Below the pieces are notes generated by a model. The model saw only the letters and a program-made list of their open reading frames with translations. It searched no databases and was not told where the DNA came from. A DNA stretch of 64,000 nucleotides from Chloroflexota bacterium (lineage in GTDB: Bacteria > Chloroflexota > UBA11872), in assembly GCA_022826485.1 (NCBI GenBank), contig JAJDUU010000021.1, positions 65,558 to 129,557 of the forward strand. The letters are read 5' to 3'. The position numbers and the translations under genes were made by a program. Below are positions 47,888-56,855 of this stretch, in pieces. Numbering within the stretch: the stretch's first letter is position 1; each line of letters opens with the position of its first letter.

Positions 47888-47932
47888 CGTTGCCCAAGCC
47901 AGCCCGGAGTTGAGGTCGGGCTTTTCGAACCC

Positions 47933-49102
47933 ATGGAAATACCTTCCGATTACCACCACGGTCTTGCGAGGGCCCGCAAGCTCGCGCCCAAGCTCGCGGA
48001 CAACTACATCGCGCATACGGTCGTTGGCGACCCGGAAGCGGACGCGCTGATCGAGGAGCTTGCTCCCCTCGGGCAAGCGAAGCTGGGCAGGTTTATCCAG
48101 ATCGGCATGGACGGTCGGGACGAGCGCGCGCTGCGCGAATCACCCGCCGCGCTGCGCGAGTTCTTCAGGTCCTGCGAGGTCGTGCCCGACTGGGTCGACC
48201 ATGCGGGATTTGTTCCTGGGATTCGCATGTTTCACAGGAATTCACAGTTGGTCTTGGGGGCGATGGTCGGCGGCACGCTGGTCGAGGGGTTTTCCACCAA
48301 CATCTCCAAGTCGTTCTTCATCACGGGCAGGCTTCGCGATCAAGGTGTGCGGCGCCTGCGACAGAACAATCGCCACATGGTCGAAATATTCTTTCCGGGC
48401 GGCCTGGAGCGGCAAAGCGACGGGTGGAAGCTGTCCGTTCGCATTCGGCTCATTCACGCCATGGTCCGACGGCTCTTGGATGGTTCCGACGACTGGAACC
48501 ATGAGGCCTGGGGAACGCCGATCAGCGCCGCCCACGTAGGCTATGCCATCACCGCATTCTCAGCACGATTGCTCAAGCACCTCAAGAGCTTGGGGGCCAC
48601 GTTCGATGACGAAGAGCGCGCGAGCTTCATGCAAGTATGGCGCTATTCAGGATATTTGATGGGCATTCCGGAATCGATTTTATTTCAGAATGAGCGCGAT
48701 GCCTTGGATCTATTCGAAATCGGTGGGATCTGTGAACCCGATCCAGACTTTGAGTCTGTTGCCCTTGCGCATTCGCTCGTCAATTCAGCTCCCCTCATTG
48801 CTGGAGTCACTGAGAATGATGCCCGCGGGAAGCTCGCAGGCTATATATTCCGGGTGTCGCGCGCGCTCATTGGCGCTGAGCTCGCCAATCACTTGAAATA
48901 CCCCAGGTATCCCACGCCAGGCGTTCTGTGGTGGTTTCGGATGCAGGGTCGCTATAACAAGCTCATGAGCAAACTGTTCAAGGGTCGCCTCCGCAATGAG
49001 AATCAAATGACGGCCCTGCTGGACGTATCCATGTTTGACGAGACCGGCATCACCTACCGCTTGCCCGACCACGTCTACGCCGAGGAATCCTCCAAGTGGT
49101 AG
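47933..49102 (+). CDS. MpaB/DUF2236-family putative oxygenase
   Basis: …ISAAHVGYAITAF… and the overall helical ~390-aa layout fit this family. Assignment is from memory of the family pattern only. The 3' third of the gene is noticeably AT-richer than its surroundings. Confidence 0.45.
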   Translation: MEIPSDYHHGLARARKLAPKLADNYIAHTVVGDPEADALIEELAPLGQAKLGRFIQIGMDGRDERALRESPAALREFFRSCEVVPDWVDHAGFVPGIRMFHRNSQLVLGAMVGGTLVEGFSTNISKSFFITGRLRDQGVRRLRQNNRHMVEIFFPGGLERQSDGWKLSVRIRLIHAMVRRLLDGSDDWNHEAWGTPISAAHVGYAITAFSARLLKHLKSLGATFDDEERASFMQVWRYSGYLMGIPESILFQNERDALDLFEIGGICEPDPDFESVALAHSLVNSAPLIAGVTENDARGKLAGYIFRVSRALIGAELANHLKYPRYPTPGVLWWFRMQGRYNKLMSKLFKGRLRNENQMTALLDVSMFDETGITYRLPDHVYAEESSKW

Positions 49103-49182
49103 GCCGAGGAACCTGGCCGAATCCCACAATGCGAGCCCGTCCGGAAAGACACTAGGCAGGCCGTCTTTCCGGCGGCAGGGAA

Positions 49183-49569
49183 TCAGACTTCCCCGAAGGG
49201 CTTCACCTTTTCCTCGAGCCACTCACGCAGTTGGGCAAAGCGGAAGGTGTTCGTTTCGAACAGGTGCATCAAGAACTCGTAGGCTTCGCGGTCATCGCAG
49301 TCGATGAAGTGGCCGTTCAAGCTCAGGAATACCTCGGTTGCGGCAAAAGCCGTCCGCTTATTCCCGTCCACGAATGGGTGATTCATGGTCAGGCTCTCCA
49401 AGAGTGCGGCGGCCTCATCAAGGAGTCCGTCGTAGTAGCCAAGCTGCGGTCGCATGATGGCGGACTCCAATGCGCCGGCGTCACGAAGGCCAAGCGACCC
49501 ACCAAACTCCTCGATCTGGGCGTCGTGGATGGCTAGGACTTCCTCAAGCGTTGGGAAGTCGTGGGTCAC
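49183..49569 (-). CDS. doc: Doc (death-on-curing) family toxin, Fic fold
   Basis: …NHPFVDGNKRTAFAA… is the Doc variant of the Fic motif. Confidence 0.8.
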   Translation of the reverse strand: MTHDFPTLEEVLAIHDAQIEEFGGSLGLRDAGALESAIMRPQLGYYDGLLDEAAALLESLTMNHPFVDGNKRTAFAATEVFLSLNGHFIDCDDREAYEFLMHLFETNTFRFAQLREWLEEKVKPFGEV

Positions 49570-49793
49570 CGAGCGAGCAATTCATAGAGGTGGCGGTGTC
49601 GCTCGACGCTCGCACGATAGTGCGCCATCACCTCGGGACGCACGCGCTGGTTCGCCCGGCTTTCGATGTAGTGGCTCATGGCGTCTTCCAGCACGGCCTG
49701 GAATTGGCGGCCGTCGGTGCGCGCGATCTGCCGCATCGCCGCCAGCAGCTCCGGGTCGGCCTGGCTGGAGAACTTCTTGCGTGGCGCAATCAT
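49566..49793 (-). CDS. Phd-like antitoxin (probable ribbon-helix-helix type)
   Basis: A 75-aa ORF overlapping doc by 4 nt (…MRQIARTDGRQFQAVLEDAMSHYIESR…), in the classic antitoxin position. Confidence 0.55.
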   Translation of the reverse strand: MIAPRKKFSSQADPELLAAMRQIARTDGRQFQAVLEDAMSHYIESRANQRVRPEVMAHYRASVERHRHLYELLAR

Positions 49794-49912
49794 TGTTCAT
49801 ACCTCTCAATGGACTCCCTAAGTGTGGCGCGCCATCTCGACATGGTCAAGAATCATCATGACAAAAGCAGGTGCCTGCCGTGGGAACTTGACGGTACGCG
49901 GCTGGCTTAGAC

Positions 49913-50323
49913 TTGCGCATGACCGCCTCACTCGCCGCAGCCCTCGTCAGCGGCATTGCCGCGGGTTTGCTCGTGGGGATCGGCGTGGCCGTGCTGATTC
50001 CGTGGGTGCGGAGTACGCGCACGCCAGCCGCTGAGGCCGCTGCTTCCACCGAGGCTCGGCTCGCACGAGACTTCACCGTGCTGGCGGACTTGCTGGCCGC
50101 ACGTCTGGCAAAGATCTGGCTGGCCGACACGCCTGGGGCGCCCCCGGCCGAGGGCGACACGCTCTATCACCACGTGTTGGAGTCCACCACCACGATCGTG
50201 CGTCAGGCGGGGGCATCCCCAAAGGCGGCGACCGCGGTCGGCGCGCTCACGGCCAAGCGGGTGCGGCCCGGTCCGATTCGCGGCCGGCACGACGACGGGT
50301 CGCCAGTGGGATCGCCCCGCTAG
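49913..50323 (+). CDS. Hypothetical small membrane protein
   Basis: N-terminal hydrophobic helix (LAAALVSGIAAGLLVGIGVAVLIPW). There is no other support. Confidence 0.3.
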   Translation: MRMTASLAAALVSGIAAGLLVGIGVAVLIPWVRSTRTPAAEAAASTEARLARDFTVLADLLAARLAKIWLADTPGAPPAEGDTLYHHVLESTTTIVRQAGASPKAATAVGALTAKRVRPGPIRGRHDDGSPVGSPR

Positions 50324-50332
50324 TCGCGGCGC

Positions 50333-51259
50333 CTACGCGGGAACTGGCGTCGGAGCGAACTCGGGCAGATAGGACTGGAGCAGATCGAAGGCAGCGTCGA
50401 GTTGCGCGTCGTCACAGGAAGTCTTGGGCGGCGCGACCCACCGCTCCATGATCCCCACTCGGCTCAGCAGCCCCTTGGCGTTGGCGTGGCCAAAGCCGGG
50501 CAGTGATTGGAACAGTTCCAGAAAGTCGTTGGTCCGGACTTGGGCAGCCGCCGCGGCCTCGAGGTCGCCGGCGCGCCAGGCTTCGTAGATGTCCAGGTTC
50601 AATTGGGGCGCCATGTTGGGCGTCATGCCGGTGGTGGCCGCCGCGCCCGAGATCAGCGCGTGCAGAAACGTCACGTCGCCGCCCACGATGACGCGAAACT
50701 CGGGGCCGCCGCGCGTGGCGGCCAGATAGCTCATCACGTTCGACACCGAGCCGGAGCTGTCCTTGGTCCCCTGCACGCCGACGTCACGCAGCCGAGGCAG
50801 CGTCGCCGGCTCGGCGGGGACTCCGGTCAGGCGCGGGATGTTGTAGAGCAGCACGGGCGCCGGTGACTCGCGCACGACGCCCTCGAAGTACCCCACGAGC
50901 TCGTCCTGCGTCATTTCGAAGTAGAACGGCGGGTTGACGAGCACCCCGTCGGCGCCGAGATCGCCGGCCGCGCGAAGTTGCTCGTGGGTCCGTCGCACGT
51001 TCGGCTGCCCGCACGCCACGATCACGGGAACCGCGCCGGCAACCTCATCGACTGCCGCACGGATGACGACCTCGCGGTCCGCATCGTCAATCGAGGCGAA
51101 CTCACCGGTCGTGCCAAGCACGACGATCCCGTGGCAGCCGACGTCGACGACGCGACGCGTGAGCCGGCGCAACGCGGCTTCGTCCGCGCTGAAATCGGCG
51201 TGAAGCGGCGTGAGCAGCGCCGGAATCACCCCCTGAATGCGGGACTGAAACGTCGTCAT
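50333..51259 (-). CDS. Dihydrodipicolinate synthase / N-acetylneuraminate lyase family aldolase
   Basis: …IPALLTPLHAD…, …GIVVLGTTGEF… and …VACGQ… show the DapA-family layout. No obvious Schiff-base Lys context is read. ATG at 51259 or TTG at 51271. Confidence 0.7.
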   Translation of the reverse strand: MTTFQSRIQGVIPALLTPLHADFSADEAALRRLTRRVVDVGCHGIVVLGTTGEFASIDDADREVVIRAAVDEVAGAVPVIVACGQPNVRRTHEQLRAAGDLGADGVLVNPPFYFEMTQDELVGYFEGVVRESPAPVLLYNIPRLTGVPAEPATLPRLRDVGVQGTKDSSGSVSNVMSYLAATRGGPEFRVIVGGDVTFLHALISGAAATTGMTPNMAPQLNLDIYEAWRAGDLEAAAAAQVRTNDFLELFQSLPGFGHANAKGLLSRVGIMERWVAPPKTSCDDAQLDAAFDLLQSYLPEFAPTPVPA

Positions 51260-51381
51260 GAGGGAGTCCAAGTATTGGTGCGGGCCAACTGCGGCTGATT
51301 ATAGGCGTCGCCTACACGCAAGCGCCGCGAGAGTGGCATCATCGCCGCCGCGGGGCGTTGACCAGCAAGGAGTTGAGCCCG

Positions 51382-52326
51382 ATGGAGTACGTGAACATGG
51401 GCCGTTCGGGGCTCAAGGTGTCCCAGGTCGCGCTTGGATGCGGATTCCGCGGCATGACGGACCAGGACCTGATGGAAGGGATCATCCGGCACGCGATCGA
51501 CCGGGGCGTCAACTTCATCGACTGCGCCAACACCTACGTCGGCGGCATCGGGGAGCAGGTGCTGGGTCGCGTGCTGCCAGGGCAGCGCGACGATCTGGTC
51601 ATCACCACCAAGGTGACGTCGATCGTGGGCCAGGGACCGAACGACATCGGCAGCTCGCGCTACCACATCCTGCGCGAGATCGACCGCAGCCTAGAGCGCC
51701 TCCAGACCGACCACGTGGACATCTACATCGTCCACTGGCGCGACCAAACGACCCCGCTCGAGGAGACGGTGCGCGCGATGACGGATGTCGTGGCCAGCGG
51801 CAAGACGCGGTATTGGGGCGTCTCCAGCTATCAGGCGTGGGAGGCATGCCAGGCGCTCTGGATTGCCGACCGAGCGGTCGCGCCCGGCTTCATCACCACG
51901 CAAAACCAGTACAGCCTGCTGTGCCGCGCCCCGGAGCAGGAGCTTTTTCCCTTCTGCCGGGAGTTCGGCATTGGGGTCATGGCCTTTTCGCCGCTGGCCG
52001 TGGGCGTGCTCAGCGGCGACCTGCAACAGGGCCAGCCGGCCCCCGCGGGCACGCTATGGGATCGGCAACCGCCCTACGAGCTCCAATCGGTCCTCACCGA
52101 CCGGGCGCAGCGGGTCATCGACGCCCTGCGCGAGATTGGCGCCGCCCACGGACGCAATCCAACCGCCGTTGCCATTAGGTGGGTAATCTCGCATCCCGAG
52201 GTGGCCACGGCCATCGCCGGACCCGACACCACCGAGCAACTCGACGCGTATATCGATGCCGCCGGCTGGGAATTGACGGCCGAAGAGATCGCACGGCTGG
52301 ATGAGGCCTCGGACTCGGCGGACTAG
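51382..52326 (+). CDS. Aldo/keto reductase
   Basis: …VSQVALGCGFRGM…, …FIDCANTYVGG…GEQVLG… and …ITTKV… motifs. RBS aaggag, ATG at 51382. Confidence 0.8.
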   Translation: MEYVNMGRSGLKVSQVALGCGFRGMTDQDLMEGIIRHAIDRGVNFIDCANTYVGGIGEQVLGRVLPGQRDDLVITTKVTSIVGQGPNDIGSSRYHILREIDRSLERLQTDHVDIYIVHWRDQTTPLEETVRAMTDVVASGKTRYWGVSSYQAWEACQALWIADRAVAPGFITTQNQYSLLCRAPEQELFPFCREFGIGVMAFSPLAVGVLSGDLQQGQPAPAGTLWDRQPPYELQSVLTDRAQRVIDALREIGAAHGRNPTAVAIRWVISHPEVATAIAGPDTTEQLDAYIDAAGWELTAEEIARLDEASDSAD

Positions 52327-53096
52327 ATATTCGAGCGGGACTGCCCGCCATCCACGTTGATGCAGGCGCCGGTGACGAGGCTGGCCTGTTCGGAGGCGAG
52401 GAATGCCACCACGGCGGCCACTTCCTCCGGGCGGCCAAATCGCCCCATGGGCATGTCGCGCTCCACAAAAGCCGCCATGCCGTCCGGATCGCGACGCTGT
52501 CGCCGTTCCCAGCCACCGCCCGGGAACAGGATCGAGCCCGGCGCCACCGCATTGACCGTGATGCCAAACGGCGCCAGCTCGTGCGCCATCGAGGTCGCCA
52601 GGCTGTTCATGGCCGATTTGGCGGCGTTATAGGCGGGTGGGCCACCGGCCTCGCGGCCATAGATCGACGTGATGTGCACGATGCGGCCCCAGCCGGCGGC
52701 TTTCATGAGCGGCGCCGCCGCGCGACTGGCGCGCACGGCCGCGCTTAGGTTGACGTCAAACGTCGCGGACCATTGCTCGTCGGTACCCGTCACAAAGTCG
52801 ATGTCGCCCATGGCGCCGCCGACGTTGTTGACCAGCACGTTGATGCCCCCAAGCTCGGCCACCGTGCGCGCCACGGCCTGAGCCGGAGCGGCGGCGTCAC
52901 GCATGTCCATCGAGAGCGAAAGTGCGTGAACGCCCAGCGCCGAGATGTCATCAGCGGTGCGGCGCAGATCATCCCCGCCTCGCGCGACGATGGCCACGTC
53001 ACATCCCTCGGCCGCAAGTCCGAGAGCAATCGCCCGGCCGATGCCGCGGCTCCCACCCGTGACGAGCGCCACCCGGTCACGAAGCCCAAGATCCAT
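52323..53096 (-). CDS. SDR-family oxidoreductase
   Basis: TGGSRGIGRAIA, NNVG, and a YNAAK-type catalytic segment (…PAYNAAKSA…). Confidence 0.8.
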   Translation of the reverse strand: MDLGLRDRVALVTGGSRGIGRAIALGLAAEGCDVAIVARGGDDLRRTADDISALGVHALSLSMDMRDAAAPAQAVARTVAELGGINVLVNNVGGAMGDIDFVTGTDEQWSATFDVNLSAAVRASRAAAPLMKAAGWGRIVHITSIYGREAGGPPAYNAAKSAMNSLATSMAHELAPFGITVNAVAPGSILFPGGGWERRQRRDPDGMAAFVERDMPMGRFGRPEEVAAVVAFLASEQASLVTGACINVDGGQSRSNI

Positions 53097-53160
53097 CAGT
53101 GACTCCTGCTCACACCCAGCGTTTGCCGGGCCACGAATCCGGCCGTCGAATGTGCCAAGC

Positions 53161-54006
53161 CTACTGGTCAGGCTCGCCGATGCGAACCAGGGTCAGCCGC
53201 GGCACTTCCGCCGGCGCATTGACTCGCATGGGGATTCCAACCGTACCGACCCCGCGGGTGATGAACACCAGCCGGCCGTCAATGTGCATGAGCCCGCTAG
53301 CCCTCGGGAGTGGCGAGCGCGTGCTGGTCATCGGCGGCGTCATGAACGGCGGCACGATCTGGCCGCCGTGGGTGTGCCCGCAAACCACGAGGTCTACGCG
53401 TGCTCGCCCCAGCCGCGGCACCGCGTCGGGATTGTGCGTCAGCACGAGGGTCAACACGTCCTCGTCGACACCATCAAATGCGCGAGCCGCGTCGTCACCC
53501 CGATGCGTTGCGTCGCCGATGCCGACGATGGCCAGCTCCGCGTCACCGATCCGGTGGCGCGCGTGCGCGTTCTCGAGCACCGTGATGCCCTCGGCGCTGA
53601 ATGCCTGCCGCAAGAATCCCAGCGGCTGGGTGCGATAGCCGATCCACGCCGGGTCGGTCGCGGCGCGAGACGCGAACAGATCGTGGTTGCCCCAGACGGC
53701 GTAGGCGCCGTGCACGGGCTCGATCGCCGCCAGCGCCTCGGCCACCAACGGCGCGGCATCAACGTGATCGCTGAGGTCGCCGCAGGCGAATAGGAAGTCC
53801 GGGCGAGTGCCCGCGAGCCGGCGCAGAGCGTTCAAACTGGGCGTGCGCGGCGAGCGCACGTGAAGGTCGGACACGACCTGGACCGTCAGGCCGTCGAGGG
53901 CCCGCGGCAGCCGTGGCAGGGGCGCCGGCACCGTCGCCGCCACCGCGTCGAACGACCGCGCGACGGCGCGGGCCGTAAATCCCAGGGCTGTGAGTCCGGC
54001 GATCAC
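53161..54006 (-). CDS. Metallophosphoesterase (calcineurin-like)
   Basis: …QVVSDLHV…, …FACGDLSD…, …GNHD… and …GHTHGG… motifs. Confidence 0.7.
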   Translation of the reverse strand: MIAGLTALGFTARAVARSFDAVAATVPAPLPRLPRALDGLTVQVVSDLHVRSPRTPSLNALRRLAGTRPDFLFACGDLSDHVDAAPLVAEALAAIEPVHGAYAVWGNHDLFASRAATDPAWIGYRTQPLGFLRQAFSAEGITVLENAHARHRIGDAELAIVGIGDATHRGDDAARAFDGVDEDVLTLVLTHNPDAVPRLGRARVDLVVCGHTHGGQIVPPFMTPPMTSTRSPLPRASGLMHIDGRLVFITRGVGTVGIPMRVNAPAEVPRLTLVRIGEPDQ

Positions 54007-54081
54007 TGCCGTCCGACGGACGTTCAGAACAACCGCTCGGCATGTGGACGCCGTCCAGGCTGTCGGCCAGGAGTCGAAGGG

Positions 54082-55092
54082 CTAGAGGCCGTGACGGTCC
54101 TCTGGCACGACGCCCGAACCGTCGACCACCACTTCGTCCGGAGACGATTCCACGTGGGCGCTCATCGCGCGGAACTTGGCGTACCGCTCCGTTACCAGCT
54201 CGGTCGGCGGAATGGCCTGCAGCTCATCCAGCGCCTCGACGAGCGCCGCCGTGAGACTCTCCGCGGTGGCGTCGTAGTCACGATGCGCGCCCCCGGGCGG
54301 TTCGGGGACGATGCGATCGATGAGGTCCGCCGCGTAGAGGACTTCCGAGGTCAGCCCAAGGGCCTCCGCCGCACGCTCGGCAAACTTCGAGTCCCGCCAA
54401 ATGATCGCGGCGGCAGCCTCCGGCGAGGCCACGGAGTAGATGGCGTGCTCCAGCATCAGAATGCGATCGCCGACGCCCATCGCCAGGGCGCCCCCGCTGC
54501 CGCCTTCACCGATGACCGCGACGACGATGGGCGTCTCCAGACGCGCCAACACGGCCATGCTCTCGGCGATGGCCCACGATTGGCCACGCTCCTCATCCTC
54601 CAATGCCGGACCGGCTCCGGGCGTGTCGAGCAGGGTGATGACGGGAAGACCAAAGCGGGCCGCAAGCTGGAACAGGCGGATGGCCTTGCGGTATCCCTCA
54701 GGGTGCGCCATACCAAAGTTGCGCTCGACGTTCTGGCGCGTGCCGCGGCCCTTCTGATGGCCGACGATCACGACCCGCCGCCCCTGTAGGGACCCGACGC
54801 CGCCGACGACGGCCATATCGTCGCCGTGCCGACGATCGCCGTGCAGCTCGACAAAGCCGTCGATCATGCGCTCGATAAAGTCGAGCGTGTGGGGCCGATC
54901 GCGATGGCGGGCGAGCTGCACACGCTGCCAGGGTGTCAGTCGAGAAAACACGTCGGCGGTGCGCGCCTCGAGCTCCAGTTGCATCAGTTCCAGCTGCCGC
55001 AGGACGTCCGACGCCGAGTCCAGATCGCTCTCGGCCTCAAGCTCCGCAATGCGGCTGCGTAGCTCGTCGAGATCTCGCTCGAAGTCCAGCAC
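54082..55092 (-). CDS. accA: Acetyl-CoA carboxylase carboxyltransferase alpha subunit
   Basis: …PEGYRKAIRLFQLAARFGLPVITLLDTPGA… and …IGEGGSGGALAMGVGD… motifs. GTG start. Confidence 0.85.
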   Translation of the reverse strand: MLDFERDLDELRSRIAELEAESDLDSASDVLRQLELMQLELEARTADVFSRLTPWQRVQLARHRDRPHTLDFIERMIDGFVELHGDRRHGDDMAVVGGVGSLQGRRVVIVGHQKGRGTRQNVERNFGMAHPEGYRKAIRLFQLAARFGLPVITLLDTPGAGPALEDEERGQSWAIAESMAVLARLETPIVVAVIGEGGSGGALAMGVGDRILMLEHAIYSVASPEAAAAIIWRDSKFAERAAEALGLTSEVLYAADLIDRIVPEPPGGAHRDYDATAESLTAALVEALDELQAIPPTELVTERYAKFRAMSAHVESSPDEVVVDGSGVVPEDRHGL

Positions 55093-55104
55093 GGCCGGCG
55101 CTCG

Positions 55105-55995
55105 CTAGCCCAGCCGCGTTCGCGCCGTGTCACCAATCTCGGCGCGCCGAGATGCCCGGGCGGGCGCCAATAGCTCGATGAGCCGGCCGATGGTGCGGCG
55201 CTGGTCCCGACGCGGGACGACCGCGTCGATCATGCCGCGCCGCAGCACCCACTCCGCCGTGTGGTCGTCGGCCTGCGCCCGGCGGCTCAACGTGCCTTGA
55301 ACCACACGCGAGCCGGCGAATCGAATGGTGGCGCCCGGCTCGCCGATGATGACGTCAGCCACGGCCGCGAAGCTGGCGGTCACGCCGGCCAACGTGGGAT
55401 CCGCCATCAGCGCGATGTAGGGCACGCCGGCGTCGGCAAGTCGCGCGGCCGCGGCGGTGGTCTTGGCCATTTGCATCAAGGCAAACACACCCTCGTCCTG
55501 CCGGGCGCCGCCCGACGAGGTCACCATCACCAGCGGAATGCGTCGTTCGTGGGCGAGCTCGAACAGCCGGGCGATGCGCTCTCCGGCGGCCCCGCCCATG
55601 CTGCCGGCAATAAAGCCGAATTCCATCACGCCCACGGCCACTTCATGACCCTGGATATGCCCCACGCCGCACACGACGGCTTCCGAGCGCCCCGTAGATT
55701 CTTGGGCCTTGGCCACGCGATCCGGGTACCGCCCACTTGGCCGGGAGAAGTTGAGCGGATCGGAGGTCAGCACATCCCCCGCCAATTCCTGGAAGCTCCC
55801 GGCGTCGTCCAGAAGGAGATCGAGCCGCTGGCCGACCGTCAGGCGATCGTGGTAGTCGCAGCGGGTGCAGACGTGCAGCCCCGCCTCGAACTCCGGGCGG
55901 TAGTGCATGGCGCCGCACTTGCGGCACGTGGCCCAGAGATCGGCGGGGACGCCGCCACGCCGGCGACCGGCAAGCAGATCACGCACGGGCATCAC
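55105..55995 (-). CDS. accD: Acetyl-CoA carboxylase carboxyltransferase beta subunit
   Basis: Zn-ribbon C-x-x-C…C-x-x-C (CRKCGAM…CTRCDYH), then …GSMGGAAGE…. It is upstream of accA. Confidence 0.85.
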   Translation of the reverse strand: MMPVRDLLAGRRRGGVPADLWATCRKCGAMHYRPEFEAGLHVCTRCDYHDRLTVGQRLDLLLDDAGSFQELAGDVLTSDPLNFSRPSGRYPDRVAKAQESTGRSEAVVCGVGHIQGHEVAVGVMEFGFIAGSMGGAAGERIARLFELAHERRIPLVMVTSSGGARQDEGVFALMQMAKTTAAAARLADAGVPYIALMADPTLAGVTASFAAVADVIIGEPGATIRFAGSRVVQGTLSRRAQADDHTAEWVLRRGMIDAVVPRRDQRRTIGRLIELLAPARASRRAEIGDTARTRLG

Positions 55996-56089
55996 GCAAT
56001 CTGAAACGTGGCTCGTGGCAAAGAGTTATGGGGTACGCCTCCCTGGGGATAGATCGCGGAGTATATCAACAGGGTGTGGATATCTGGAC

Positions 56090-56797
56090 TTATGGTTCGA
56101 GAGGGCGATCCGGCGGCGGTCGCGCCGCCACCACCGCCCCCACCCAGGACGCGCCGCGACGCCTGAGCGCTCGCGCGGCCGCCTCGAGCGTGGCTCCAGT
56201 CGCCGCCACGTCGTCGACCAGCAGAACACGGACTCCGCTCATGTTGTGGAGACAGGTAAACGCGCCAATCACATTCCGCCAGCGGGCTTCGCGCGTCAGC
56301 GACATCTGTGGAACCGTATCGCGGTGCCGGATCAGATGCTGATCCAGGACCGGCACGGGCAGCCATTGCGTCAATTGGGCCGCGATGAGTTGACTCTGAT
56401 TGAATCCACGCTCCCGCTCGCGCTGGGCGCCCAGCGGAATGGGTATGAGCGCATCGACGTCGAGCGTGTCGGGCAGGGCTCGTGCCGCGACCCCGGCAAG
56501 CGCCGCGGCCAGATATCGCTTGTTGCGAAACTTGAGCCGCAGGATGGCGTCGCGCACCGGCGTCTCGTAGGGATAGCGCACAAATACATGGTCGATGCGC
56601 CGTTCCTGGTGCCGGCATGCGGCGCACTGGTCGCCGTGCTCGAGCGCTCGGTTGCACTGACGACAGCACCGGCGCGATAGCGGGTCGAGTTCGGAAATGC
56701 AAGCGGGGCAAATGCCCTCACCGAGCGAGCCGCAACCTGCGCACACCGGCGGGAAGACAATTTCCGCAAGGCTCCGGCCCACGGTTCGGACGACCAT
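56090..56797 (-). CDS. comF: ComF-family protein (phosphoribosyltransferase domain)
   Basis: N-terminal Zn-finger cysteines (…FPPVCAGCG…CPACI…CRQCN…CAAC…) and a PRTase motif (…VLLVDDVAATGATL…). ATG at 56797. Confidence 0.7.
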   Translation of the reverse strand: MVVRTVGRSLAEIVFPPVCAGCGSLGEGICPACISELDPLSRRCCRQCNRALEHGDQCAACRHQERRIDHVFVRYPYETPVRDAILRLKFRNKRYLAAALAGVAARALPDTLDVDALIPIPLGAQRERERGFNQSQLIAAQLTQWLPVPVLDQHLIRHRDTVPQMSLTREARWRNVIGAFTCLHNMSGVRVLLVDDVAATGATLEAAARALRRRGASWVGAVVAARPPPDRPLEP

Positions 56798-56855
56798 GCC
56801 AATCGACCTCAGCGCCGGCGCACCCAACCCGCCGCGGACGAGACGCGAGCCTCGG

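Noticed and set aside
46091-48076. Minus-strand ORFs of 172 and 488 aa across the MMPL gene
   Set aside because: Antisense shadow. The translations are His/Asp/Gly-rich and non-membrane, whereas the + strand encodes a textbook MMPL topology.
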